From NCBI RefSeq assembly GCF_001194135.2, contig NC_068983.1, forward strand, positions 109,273,573 through 109,337,572: a stretch of DNA of 64,000 nt. Direction: 5' to 3'. Shown here piece by piece: positions 14,170-25,477 of the stretch. Below the pieces are notes generated by a model. It searched no databases and was not told where the DNA came from. It worked only from the letters and a program-made list of their open reading frames with translations. This stretch comes from Octopus bimaculoides. Lineage: Eukaryota. Both the position numbers and the translations under genes were made by a program. Each line of letters opens with the position of its first letter. Position 1 is the first letter of the stretch.

Positions 14170-14490
14170 GGAGATGCTTTTTTCCATTCATCAAAGTGAA
14201 TGGAGCTTTCAACAGTATCCAACGTTCCCTGTGTGTTTCGACCCAGAACTTTAATACCCTCCAGTTAGTGGGTCAGCAGAAGTGGCCAGATCACTGCTAT
14301 GCATGGCCTTTAGCACAACTCTTCTCTCTTGCTCCAAATTCAACAAGAGGCTCTTTCTGCTGCCTCTCCTATCCTGTACGCGGCACCTTTTGCTCCTTCC
14401 CTCTTATTCCAATGTCTGTAAGTGTCCTCCATGCTGACTGAGCAGAGAACCTACTACAGCCAACCACAACTGTAAGCTGAATTAAGATCA
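14170..14490 (-). mobile_element. HERO-like (R2-group, RLE) non-LTR retrotransposon 3' end
   Basis: Minus translation with one frameshift gives VVVGCSRFSAQSAWRTLTDIGIRGKEQKV..RIGEAAERASC*IWSKREE. This resembles the EVGCRGF...AAERASxWxWxKR C-terminus of HERO-clade ORFs. A 3' UTR follows. Confidence 0.6.
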
Positions 14491-14528
14491 TTTTTTTCTT
14501 TTGGTCTTTTCAGACCACAGAACCACTG

Positions 14529-15341
14529 GTGATTGACCATAAATCAAATAGAATCTACTGTGAGAGAGTTGAGAATATTCTGCACAATAAACTTGGCATG
14601 ATAAAGGTTTCTGCTTGGTTGATGCTGTGTATTCTGACACCTGAACAAAAGCACACCGTGCTGATCACATCACAGGAAATTATGACATTATTTGAGGCGA
14701 ATCCAGTTGGTTTCCTTCAATGTTTTCTAACTCCGGATGAGTGTTATGCTCATCACTTTAGGCAAGAGACACAGAGACAATCCATGCAGTGGAAACATGC
14801 CTCCTCACCTGCTCCATGGACGGCCAACCTCGTTTCATCTGCAGGGAAGGTGATGGGATACAAAAGGCATTATGTTTATCAATTCTCCTCAAAAATACAA
14901 TACCATCAATGTAGCGTACTATGACAACTTGTTGAGGCAGTTATGAAAGTATATCGAGAGCAAACACCCATCAAGCCAACAAATGAGGTTTTGTTTTATC
15001 AAGACAATGCTCCAGCACACAATTCCTTGCTTTCAAAGGCTGCTGTACATGACTGTGGCTTTGAACTGGTTGATCACCCTCCCTATTCTATTGATTTGGT
15101 GCCATCTGACTATCATCTGTTCTGGAACATGAAAAACACTTTGCTGGGAACCAGTGTTATAGTGATGAGTTGTTTGATTAACAGGATGAAAGCCTTTTCT
15201 TCAATGGGATTTAAGCACTGCAACACTGATGAAAGTAGTGTGTGGATTGCAAGGGGGACTATCTTGAAAAATAAACCTCATTTGGTTACATTCCATGTTA
15301 GTATTTTGGTCAGCCTATGAACTTTTCAGTAGACACTTGTA
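14529..15341 (+). mobile_element. mariner (Tc1/mariner) transposase pseudogene fragment with right end
   Basis: Motifs KLGMIKVSAW, FLTPDECYAHHF (TGDE equivalent), SMQWKH, SAGKVM, YQDNAPAH and HPPYSIDLVPSDYHLF (HPPYSPDL equivalent) are split over two ORFs. The element ends ggtcagcctatgaacttttcagtagacacttg followed by TA. Confidence 0.88.
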
Positions 15342-15497
15342 TATATGCATATTCACATACACAAATGCACATACATGCATACACACATACATTCCTACAT
15401 GCATGCATGATAAAATGGTTATCTGTGCCAATAACAAAAGTAATATTGCTAGTGACATAATAGTTACAGAAAAATCAATGGCATATGAAATAACCAT

Positions 15498-15498
<1 letters not shown>

Positions 15499-15553
<55 letters not shown>

Positions 15554-15590
15554 TAATAATGAATGAATGAATGAATGAATGAATGAATGA
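15499..15590. repeat. (AAT)n followed by (ATGA)n microsatellite
   Basis: Directly visible. Confidence 0.9.
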
Positions 15591-15719
15591 AATTTTCCAA
15601 CAATGCAGAGATAGAAGTTGGAAAGCCTTTATATATTTTGGGTGCAAAGGCCCATCTTCAGATGGGCTGGAATGTAAGTAGATATTATATATATATAATG
15701 ATAATAATAATAGTTTCAA

Positions 15720-15904
15720 ATTTTAATACAAAGCCAGATGTTTCCGAGGAAAATAGGGAAGTCAATTACATTAGCCCCACCTCTTCACTGGTACTTATTT
15801 TTATTCACCCCATAAGGATGAAAGGCAAAGTTAACTTGGGGGGAATTTGAACTTAGCACATAAAGATGAACAAAATGCCATGAGAATTTTGTCAACTCAC
15901 TGCC
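15720..15904 (-). mobile_element. SINE family B, diverged
   Basis: Plus strand has ctggtacttatttttattcaccccataaggatgaaaggcaaagttaac...gaatttgaac...caactcactgcc, the same layout as 8236-8447. Confidence 0.7.
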
Positions 15905-15957
15905 TTAATAATAATAATAATAATAATAATAATAGTAATAATAATGATGATAATAAT

Positions 15958-16175
15958 TTGGGTTTAGGTGGCTGTGTGAAAAGCTTTCATCACATCTCTA
16001 TAACCCTCTCTAGTCTATTTTATGCGTTTTGCTTTAGTGGGTGTTTTTGGTGGTATCACTACAGGTCTAGGGCTATCCTGGTTCTGCTTACTTGGTAGTT
16101 CCTGTTTTTGAGAGTTTGTTCCAACAGTAGACTTTTCAATCTCAGTCTGGTTCCCCATTGGGTAATATGGTCCAT
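15958..16175 (-). mobile_element. probable N-terminal segment of an R4/Dong-like ORF, inverted relative to the adjacent RT
   Basis: Minus strand reads MGNQTEIEKSTVG...PKTPTKAKRIK*TREGYRDVMKAFHTAT. The RxKWTRE..+M.A+ pattern resembles R4/Dong N-termini as I recall them. Confidence 0.45.
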
Positions 16176-17810
16176 GACGAAGAGTTAGTAGGGCTGTTAA
16201 CAACTGTAAAAGAGTTCAGCAATGACATCGGGATGGGTTTTTGACCTTGATAAGTGTGCTAAAGCAACTTTTGTAAGAAGCAAGCTCAAGCAACCAACAC
16301 TGCCATCAAGGAGCTTGACCCACAAGAAAGCTATAAATACTTTAGGATAAACAAAGGAGATGGTATACAACATGCTTCTATGAAGAAAAAATATGAAAAG
16401 AGTATCACAGAAGAATACGACTCATACTAAAATCTGAACTCGATTCCAAAAATCACATCAAAGTCATTAACACCCTGGCACTTCCAGTATTCCAATACAG
16501 TTTTAACATCATTAACTGGAATGTTACAGAACTCCAGTACCTGGACAGGAAGACAAGAAAAATACTAACATCTAAGAACATGCACCACCCAAAAGCAGAC
16601 ATTGATCATCTGTACCTACCTAGAAGTAAAAGGGTAAGAGAAATGATGCAGGTAGAACTGTGCTATAAGACCTCCACAATAGCAATGAACAAATACTTAT
16701 CTAGTACAAAAGACTGGATGCTGCAGCTTGTGTGCAAACATGAAGTAGCAAAAAATCACATTTTATTGTCAAGGAAGCTTGCAAATTCGCAAGGGAACTT
16801 GGTATTAGCCTTGAATTAGATGAAACACTTGAAACTACTCTCATAAAAAAAGCAAAATGGATCAAACATACTGCAAAGAAGAATTGGCAGAAACAAATTG
16901 AGGAGCAGTGGAGCCAGAAGCGTCTGCATGGACAGTATATACTGAAAAATTGAAATGCTGATGTAGACCAAACAATAACCCATCAGTGGCTGAGAAGCTC
17001 AGGACTGAAAGCAGAGACTGAAAGTTTCATATTGGCGGCACAAGATCAAAGCTTGCTTGCCAAAAACTGCCAGGCTAATGTTCTTCAAAATGGTTCTGAC
17101 GCTAAATGCACATTCTGCAATAAATTTGATGAAACAATAGACCAACTCATCTTGGCATATCATGTACTGACACCAAATGAATACAAAAATCACCACAATA
17201 GGGTAGGACAGTACTTAATTTGGAAAATATGTAAACACTTCAAAATCAGCACTGCTGCTTAGTGAGCCACTTGTTGAAGGTAAAAATGTCAATGGGATTT
17301 TCCAGTCAACACCAACAGAATGATCCAGGTTAATTGACCAGACATAGTCATTAAAGACAGAGAAGAAAATACTCGTAGACTAATAGATGTAAGTGTTCCC
17401 ACTGATAAAAATATATCTGTAAAGGAATTTGACAAATTAAGTAAATATAAGGACCTGGAAATTGAAATACAAAAAATGTGGCATCTTAAAGCCAGAACTG
17501 TTCCTGTTATTGTGGATGCCCTAGGTATGCTAAGAAAGTCATGTCAGAAAAATCGAGATAATATTCCCAGGAGAACCATGCTTCAGAGAAATCCAAAAGA
17601 TTGTGCTGACAAGTACTGCCCACATTCTTAGAAAAACCCAATCAATTTAAATGCATGTGTTGTATTACATGAAGATATTTTGCTACTGCCCCTGCCACTT
17701 CCCCTCTCCAAGCTTTCAGTCATATTGTAACATCTCTTATCCTTCACCCACCCTAGGACACTGAGTGTGTCTAGGTGAGTAATTGTAAAAAAAATGCAGA
17801 ATAAAAGTAA
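16176..17810 (+). mobile_element. R4/Dong-like non-LTR retrotransposon, 5'-truncated (RT thumb, CCHC finger, RLE endonuclease, 3' UTR)
   Basis: Pieces include ELVGLLTTVKEFSNDIGM, LDKCAKA, INTLALPVFQYSFNIINW, MHHPKADIDHLYLPR, GLKAETESFILAAQDQSL, CTFCNKFDETIDQL and HNRVGQYLIWKICKH. The RLE region has PDIVIKD...IDVSVPTDKNISVKEFDKLSKYKDLEIEIQKMW. The element ends at an (AAT)n tract. Confidence 0.88.
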
Positions 17811-17825
17811 ATAATAATGATGATG

Positions 17826-17875
<50 letters not shown>

Positions 17876-17915
17876 TATAATAATAATAATAATGATAATA
17901 ATAATAATAATCATA
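17811..17915. repeat. (AAT)n microsatellite between R4/Dong-like copies
   Basis: Directly visible. Confidence 0.9.
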
Positions 17916-18505
17916 ATGAGTAATTTCAAAAAATGTGGTGATGGAGAAGAAGCAATAGATCATATTTTCTCTGGCTGTCCAGTCCTTGCTAAGAAAGAAT
18001 ATATTCACAGACATGATAGAGTTGGGATCTATATACACTGGAAGCTATGCCAACACTATGAAATTACATCAGATAAAAGATGGTATGGTATATGCACACC
18101 TCAGAAAAGGGTCACATAAAATGAGAAAGCCACCATACTTTGAAATATACCAATACATACATACCAATAGAGAAATCAAGACTAATAGACTGGATATATT
18201 TGTCAGAGATCACCAAGAAGAAAGATGGCTTCTAATCAATGTATCAATACCAACAGATTACAACATTTCTCTAAAAGAAACATAGAAACTTTAAAAATAC
18301 AAAGATCTGGAAATAGAGGTAACTTGAATGTGGAGCCTAAAAACAGAAACAATCCTATAATAATAGGTGCATTAAGTATGATAAAAAAAAAACATTCAGA
18401 CAAATACATAACCAAGACACCAAGACTTTCAAGTATATATAGCATACAGAAAAAAACACTACTAGGCACTGCACACATCCTACATAAAGTACTTTCAATG
18501 CAGGG
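17916..18505 (+). mobile_element. second R4/Dong-like fragment (CCHC finger plus RLE)
   Basis: CGDGEEAIDHIFSGCPVLAKKEYIHRHDRVGIYIHWKLCQHY, NRLDIFVRD...INVSIPTDYNISLKE, KYKDLEIEV, IIGALSMIKK...QKKTLLGTAHILHKVLS. Confidence 0.87.
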
Positions 18506-18769
18506 CTACTAAACCTGAAGAAAATTCTAACTGGGCCCCATCTGCGAGGTCATGCGCTGTTTATCTTGATATGAGATCACCATGTCGCACACATATGGTT
18601 GTGATGCATGTGCCTGGTGTACCCTTATCAGACAGGTAGTCATGATGGGTATAATAGGCTTCGTATATTTTACCCCAGTGTCACTTTGATGGTATGCACT
18701 GCTCTCTCACTCAATAATAAATAATGGTAATAATAATAATAATGATAATAATAATAATAATGATAATAG

Positions 18770-19585
18770 TCAATTCCATGTAGCAACAACTGAAATTGTA
18801 GGAAAACAAGTGGGATTGGCTGAAGGAAAGAACACTGAAAAAAGAAACTGAGAGCATTGTACTGGCAGTGCATGACCAAGCTGTGGCTACAAATTGGAGG
18901 GTCAACCTTAGGAATGAGCAAGTGTCTCCACTGTGCTGCATTTTTAATGGAGTGGACGAAACCATTACCTGTATCACAAACAAATGCCCTAGACCTGCCC
19001 AAAACCATTACAAGTTGTGGGGACACAATGAGGTAATGAAAGTGCTACATTGGAAACTATGCAAAAAGTGGGTCTAGAAAGAGGCAAAACATGATATAAG
19101 CACAAACAACAGAGAGCAGCAAAGTCAGAGACCTGCAAAATCCTGTTGGATTTCCCAGTCCAAACAGATCAGTAGGCTAGAGTATAACGAACTGAACCTA
19201 GTGGTGGTGAACAAGATGCACCACATGTGCAATATGATCATGAAGGAAGGCAAAAGAATAAAAAAGTACAACCCTCTTGCATACAAAATAGCTCAGCTAT
19301 GGAGAATGAAGAAGGTGAAGATAGTGTCAGTTATTGCGGGTCCTTGGGGTCAGTACCAGAAGGCATCTTGAAGAATATAAAGGGAATCAAAATAGAGTGC
19401 CCAATAGAAATGTTACAAAAGGTTTTCCTCCTCAATACAGCCAGAATAATCAAGAAAGTATTAGATAGTTGAAAAGAACAGTACCGTAGGCTGCAGGCGG
19501 CAAGTCTACTACACATGCAAGAATCCAGGATTTTCAGCAAAACCTGAGTTAAAAAGAACACTAAAAATAATGGTAACCACCACAA
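18770..19585 (+). mobile_element. third R4/Dong-like fragment (different subfamily) with 3' UTR
   Basis: HGKY, SPLCCIFNGVDETITCITNKCPRPAQNHYK..HNEVMKVLHWKLCKK, GSLGSVPEGILKNIKGIKI...LQKVFLLNTARIIKKVLDS*. Confidence 0.75.
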
Positions 19586-19592
19586 TAATAAC

Positions 19593-19770
19593 CTTTTCTA
19601 CAATAGGCACAGGATTTCAAATATTGCAAGAAGAGGTAAGTTGATTATATCAACCCCAGCAGTACTTATTTTATTGACTCTAAAAGGTAAAGTTTACCTT
19701 GGTAGAATTTAAACCCAAAACACTAAGTATTTCGTCCAGCATGGTAATAATTTTGCCAACTCACCACCTT
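19593..19770 (-). mobile_element. SINE family B, diverged (first of a tandem pair)
   Basis: ttctacaataggcacagg...caaccccagcagtacttatttt...gaatttaaaccc...ttttgccaactcaccacc. Confidence 0.6.
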
Positions 19771-19789
19771 CGGAACAATAATAATAATT

Positions 19790-19990
19790 CTTTCTAATAT
19801 AGGCACAAGGCCTGAAATTTTGTTGGGGATGAGGCTAGTTAATTGCTTCAACTCTATTGCTCATCTGGAACTTATTTTATCAATCTCAAAAGGATGAAAG
19901 GCAAAGTCAACCTCAGTAGAATTTGAACTCAGAACATAATTCCCCTGCCCCCCACAAATGCTAAGCTTTCTGTCCAGTGTGCTAATAATA
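19790..19990 (-). mobile_element. SINE family B (second of a tandem pair)
   Basis: taggcacaaggcctgaaatttt...aggatgaaaggcaaagtcaacctcagtagaatttgaactcagaac. Confidence 0.7.
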
Positions 19991-20070
19991 ACCAATTGTA
20001 ACAATAGTCAAAATAATGATGATAATAATAGAATAAATATATTATGTTCATACATAAGTATGTGTATATC

Positions 20071-20115
<45 letters not shown>

Positions 20116-20204
20116 GTCTGTATGTCTGTATGTCTGTATGTCTGTCTATCTATCTATTTATCTATCTATCAATCTATATGTATAGGTGTTTATCTATATA
20201 CATA

Positions 20205-20873
20205 TGGCTACATGGCAGTGAAACATGGGCTGTAACTGCTGAGGACATACGTAAGCTCGCAAGGAATGAAGCCAGTATGCTCCGTTGGATGTGTAATGTC
20301 AATGTGAATACCCGTCAGAGTGTAAGTATCTTGAGAGAAAAGCTGAACATTAGAAGCATCAGTTGTGGCGTGCAAGAGAGACGATTGCGCTGGTATGGAC
20401 ATGTGGTGANNNNNNNNNNNNNNNNNNNNNNNNNNNNNNNNNNNNNNNNNNNNNNNNNNNNNNNNNNNNNNNNNNNNNNNNNNNNNNNNNNNNNNNNNNN
20501 NNNNNNNNNNNNNNNNNNNNNNNNNNNNNNNNNNNNNNNNNNNNNNNNNNNNNNNNNNNNNNNNNNNNNNNNNNNNNNNNNNNNNNNNNNNNNNNNNNNN
20601 NNNNNNNNNNNNNNGAGATCGTTGCCAGTGCCCCTGGAATGGCACATAAAAGACACCATTTCGAGCGTGGCCGTTTTCGTGCGGGTGACACGTAAAAGCA
20701 CCCACTACACTCTCTGAGTGGTTGGCGTTAGGAAGGGCATCCAGCTGTAGAAACTCTGCCAAATCAGACTGGAGCCTGGTGTTGCCATCCGGTTTCACCA
20801 GTCCTCAGTCAAATCGTCCAACCCATGCTAGCATGGAAAGCGGACGTTAAACGATGATGATGATGATGATGAT
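20205..20873 (+). mobile_element. young RTE-LINE 3' end interrupted by an assembly gap
   Basis: [31 protein letters not shown]...ERRLRWYGHVV, then a gap, then a CpG-rich 3' UTR ending gcggacgttaaacgatgatgatg. Confidence 0.9.
20410..20614. other. assembly gap (N run)
   Basis: N bases. Other gaps are at 23198-23269, 25106-25441, 38439-38462, 42584-42636 and 54472-54481. Confidence 0.99.
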
Positions 20874-21397
20874 ATGTATATACATATACATATGTATATA
20901 CATATCATATGTATATACATATGTATATACATATACATATGTATATACATATCATATGTATATACATTCATATCATATGTTTGTGTGTGTTTAATACTTG
21001 TGTAAATGATTCACCAATTTTTGTGCTGGAGTCTATAACTTTAATGTTTACATTGCGATTTTTATATTTCATTAGTTGGCTCAATTATGTTCTTTTCCTT
21101 GCTATTTTATGGTTTCATGTTTATGTGAAGATTGTTTCTTCTGGTGTTATCATAATATATTCTAAATATACATGACACTTGGTGAGATGCAAGTTAGTTG
21201 TGTTCTGTTTCACGAGAATTTCAACAATGTATTCTTTTCTAAGTATGACACTTTTGATTCATGTAGAACATTGTATGCATTGTTTGTGTGTTTTTTTTTT
21301 TATAGAATATCTGTGTGGATGGATTTGTTTTTGTATTGTTTTATAGCATTTGTTTACTAACCTATCTATAGGGGTGTATATTATTAACTGTTTGTAA

Positions 21398-21617
21398 GGC
21401 AGTAAGCTGGTATGCCAAGTGAAATGCTTAGCATGCTGGGCGAAATGCTTAGCATTATTTTGTCTGTTGCTATGTTCTGAGTTCAAGTTCTGCCAAGGTT
21501 GACTTTACCGTTCATCTTTTCAGAGTCAATAAATTAAGTACCAGTGAAACACTGGGGTTCATGTGATCGACTAGATCCCTCCTGCAAAATTTCAGGACTT
21601 ATGTGTTTAGCAGAAAG
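21398..21617 (+). mobile_element. SINE family B with 17-bp flanking direct repeat
   Basis: Head ggcagtaagctgg, B-box gagttcaagttc and core ggttgactttaccgttcatc...taagtaccag...ctggggt. Flanked by tattattaactgtttgt at 21379-21395 and 21618-21634. Confidence 0.85.
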
Positions 21618-21782
21618 TATTATTAACTGTTTGTTTCACATGTAAAATCTTCCTTAAAGAAGATACACAAGTATAACTCCTTTTCATTAGTTGATCGAAT
21701 ATTTATTACAAGAAGTTATCATATAAACACCAAGAGTATACATCCATCCAACCATTCATCCATCCATCCATCCATACATACA

Positions 21783-21813
<31 letters not shown>

Positions 21814-22208
21814 TCTTGATGCTTATTGCCGTCTGGCAACATGGACAGGTATTATGACTTCCATCTTTTGTGCACTTGTAGTTGTCATTTAAAGTTTCAT
21901 ATCGAAATCCTACATACACATTTGTCATTTACTGAGGATAACTACTTTCCAGATGGCAATAGTTGTACTGTCTTTTCTGCTTACCAAAAGTTTACATAGG
22001 GGCCTTTTGCTACTAAGTTTTGCTTCCATTTTTGAAATATCTTCTTTAAATCTGGTGCATTCACTTGAGTGAACCACACCACTGGCATACAAAATTTTGG
22101 CAAGTGCCTTCTACCATATCCAAGGCTAACTAAAGCTTTGCAGATTGAGTCAGTAGACAAAAACTAAAAGAAACTTGGTTTGTGTGTGTGAGTGTGTGTG
22201 TGTGTGTG

Positions 22209-22248
<40 letters not shown>

Positions 22249-22948
22249 TGTGTCTCTTTGTCTTCACATTTCATGATAGTTGTAAACAAGTGTCACCATC
22301 ATATAATCGATAGTATTTTTTATCCAATCTTCTGTGGAAACATGTCTGGCCATGGGGAAACATTACCTTGCATGGAAACAAATGCAAGTTCACAATAGGA
22401 ATTGCATCTGGTTACCAACAGAAGATATACTTCAACAAATTCTATCTGATTCATGCAAGTACATAAGGTGGACCTTAAAATGATGATGATGTTGATGATA
22501 ATGATGATGATGATGATGATGATGATGAAGATGATGATGATAATATACAGGCTTGTATGAAGCTGATAATAAATACAAATTGGCAAGATGTGATATGTTG
22601 CCCCCTGCCCCCACATTTTGATTTACTCATAGTATATCATTTTCCACTCAGTGCTAAAGACATGATTTATGTACGATTATGGTATGTACATGTACATAAA
22701 ATGAAGATGATTTCCTTACAAACAATGTGGCAGAATAAAAGAACTGAAACAATTTATAAAAAGTTCTTCATCAAAGAGTCTCCTTTTCCTCTAAGCAGTG
22801 AAAGAAGGACCTCTCTGCTTGAGTATATATATATATATATATATATACAAGAATAAGGGCAGGGAATCGTCAATTAATAATAGAATTAATAATTAACAAT
22901 TTTGCCAAGTAGTTCAGTATGAAAAAAACCTTTATCGGTAAAACTATT

Positions 22949-23366
22949 TATCATCATAAATATACAGGGATTAGCAATTGAGTTGCTTCTCCAACATACT
23001 GAAAATTTAGAAATAGCAGTCAAAGAACTACTGATTCTAAACTACAAATTTTTCTCTAAAACGGATGGCGATATTTATGGCACAAATTTTCATTCACTTA
23101 ACCATGAAACGATTCGTATCCAATTAACTAAAGACTTGTTTTGTTTACGCTTTTCCCTCCGGTTTTTTGTTCTATGTGTGCCATAAATATCGCCATCNNN
23201 NNNNNNNNNNNNNNNNNNNNNNNNNNNNNNNNNNNNNNNNNNNNNNNNNNNNNNNNNNNNNNNNNNNNNAATTTGTAGTTTAGAATCAGTAGTTCTTTGA
23301 CTGCTATTTCTAAATTTTCAGTATGTTGGAGAAGCAACTCAATTGCTAATCCCTGTATATTTATGA

Positions 23367-23371
<5 letters not shown>
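22949..23371. repeat. near-perfect long inverted repeat (fold-back) spanning a gap
   Basis: 22950-23050 is the exact reverse complement of 23270-23370, and 23064-23084 of 23177-23197. The spacer is about 92 bp, and a gap at 23198-23269 lies in the right arm. Confidence 0.85.
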
Positions 23372-23411
<40 letters not shown>

Positions 23412-23910
23412 AAGAAAGAGGGAGAGAGAGAGAGACAGACAGACAGACAGCTATACATACATTTATGCATACACATACATACATAAACACACACACACAC
23501 ACACACACACATATGACTATGCATGCAAATATGCAAACAAATTATAGAGAGTGATTAAATTCTTCTTTTAACATCACAAACTCTATTTGTAAATTCGTTT
23601 TTCTTCTTTGTCATGCATCTAAAATCTAAATGTGCAATTTAAATTCACAGAGTAAAGAAAGTGCTACAACTGCTAATGAACTTTTTGAATTAAGAAAATT
23701 GCTGATATCAAAATTATTACCTACAACATAACTAATACTTCCATATTTAAAATTGTTGTAATTGATGTATGAGACAGATACATAACATGCATTTGTTTTT
23801 TCTTTTGTGTGTGTGTTGTCAGAATCTTTGTAACAGCACTCCAGAACAGAAATCATGATTAACAAAAACGGAAGAATGTTATATGGTAAAATCCATACTA
23901 CAACAACTTA

Positions 23911-24108
23911 CTCTTTTACTTGTTTCAGTCATTTGACTGCGGCCATGCTGGAGCACTGCCTTTTTTAGTCGAACAAATCGACCCCAGGACTTATTCTTTG
24001 TAAGCCTAGTACTTATTCTTTTGCCGAACCGCTATGTTACGGAGACATAAACACACTAGCATCGGTTGTCAAACGATGTTGGGGGACAAACACAGACACA
24101 CAAACAAA

Positions 24109-24180
<72 letters not shown>

Positions 24181-24334
24181 TACGACAGGCTTCTTTCAGT
24201 TTCCATCTACCAAATCCACTCACAAGGCTTTGGTCGGCCCGAGTCTATAGTAGAAGACACTTGCCCAAAATGCCACACAGTGGGACTGAACCTGGAACCA
24301 TGTGGTTGGTAAGCAAGCTATTTACCACACATCC
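23911..24334 (-). mobile_element. tRNA-derived SINE family A, full length
   Basis: Same head, internal microsatellite and tail as 8872-9307. Confidence 0.9.
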
Positions 24335-24649
24335 ACAGTATATTACAAAAACTTGTTGATGATATTCATTTTCCAGTTATGAATGGGCTTTGTGCACAGC
24401 TTTTCAGTTTGACAAAATTTAAATTTATGCTTTTCGAATCTAACAAAATAAGCCGGTAACTCCATTATATAGGATTACATGTAATCATTTCCTAATTTTC
24501 ACTGTGCTTTCAGTTCTATTTCTTCTGGCTTTACTTCTTGAACATATTAAATACTTCTTGATTCTCTTAATTTTTCTGTACTTCATAAAACATATTTTAG
24601 TGGCTTAGCTTAGAGATTATAATTATTTGACATTATCTTTTTTCTCTTA

Positions 24650-25050
24650 GTTTTTGTTTGTTTCAGTCAATATACTGTGGCTATGCTGGGGCACATTCTT
24701 GAAGATATTTTAGTTGAATGAATTGACCTCAATACTTATTTTTTTTAAAGCTTGATACTTACTCTATCGGTTTCTTTGCTGAACCTCTAAGTTAGGGGGA
24801 TGTAAACACACCAGCTCCATTTGTCAAGTGGTGGCGGGGGACAAACACAAACACACACACACATACACAGATGTATATATATATATATATGACTGACAAG
24901 CTTCTTTCAGTTTCCATCTACCAAATACACTCACAAGACTTTGGTCAGCTTGAGTCTATAATAGAAGACATTTGTCCAAGGTGTTATTGCATGGCACCTT
25001 CAGCAAGTGGCACCATGTGGTTCGAAAGCAAGCTTCTTACCACGCAGCTA
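24650..25050 (-). mobile_element. SINE family A, older copy, tandem to the previous one
   Basis: tttcagtc...ctatgctgggg, ctaagttagggggatgtaaacacacc, cttctttcagtttccatctaccaaat, gcaagcttcttaccac. Confidence 0.75.
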
Positions 25051-25442
25051 CAGATTACTAACATTTCTTTATTGTTTAGTCTTTGTGTTTTGATTTCATG
25101 CAGATNNNNNNNNNNNNNNNNNNNNNNNNNNNNNNNNNNNNNNNNNNNNNNNNNNNNNNNNNNNNNNNNNNNNNNNNNNNNNNNNNNNNNNNNNNNNNNN
25201 NNNNNNNNNNNNNNNNNNNNNNNNNNNNNNNNNNNNNNNNNNNNNNNNNNNNNNNNNNNNNNNNNNNNNNNNNNNNNNNNNNNNNNNNNNNNNNNNNNNN
25301 NNNNNNNNNNNNNNNNNNNNNNNNNNNNNNNNNNNNNNNNNNNNNNNNNNNNNNNNNNNNNNNNNNNNNNNNNNNNNNNNNNNNNNNNNNNNNNNNNNNN
25401 NNNNNNNNNNNNNNNNNNNNNNNNNNNNNNNNNNNNNNNNNN

Positions 25443-25477
<35 letters not shown>

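Noticed and set aside
13765-14441. Several 90-146 aa ORFs (YIYIYI, HTHTHT, CVCVCV)
   Set aside because: Translations of dinucleotide microsatellites, not proteins. The same applies to the poly-I, poly-N and poly-L ORFs at 15.3, 17.8, 22.3 and 54.0 kb.
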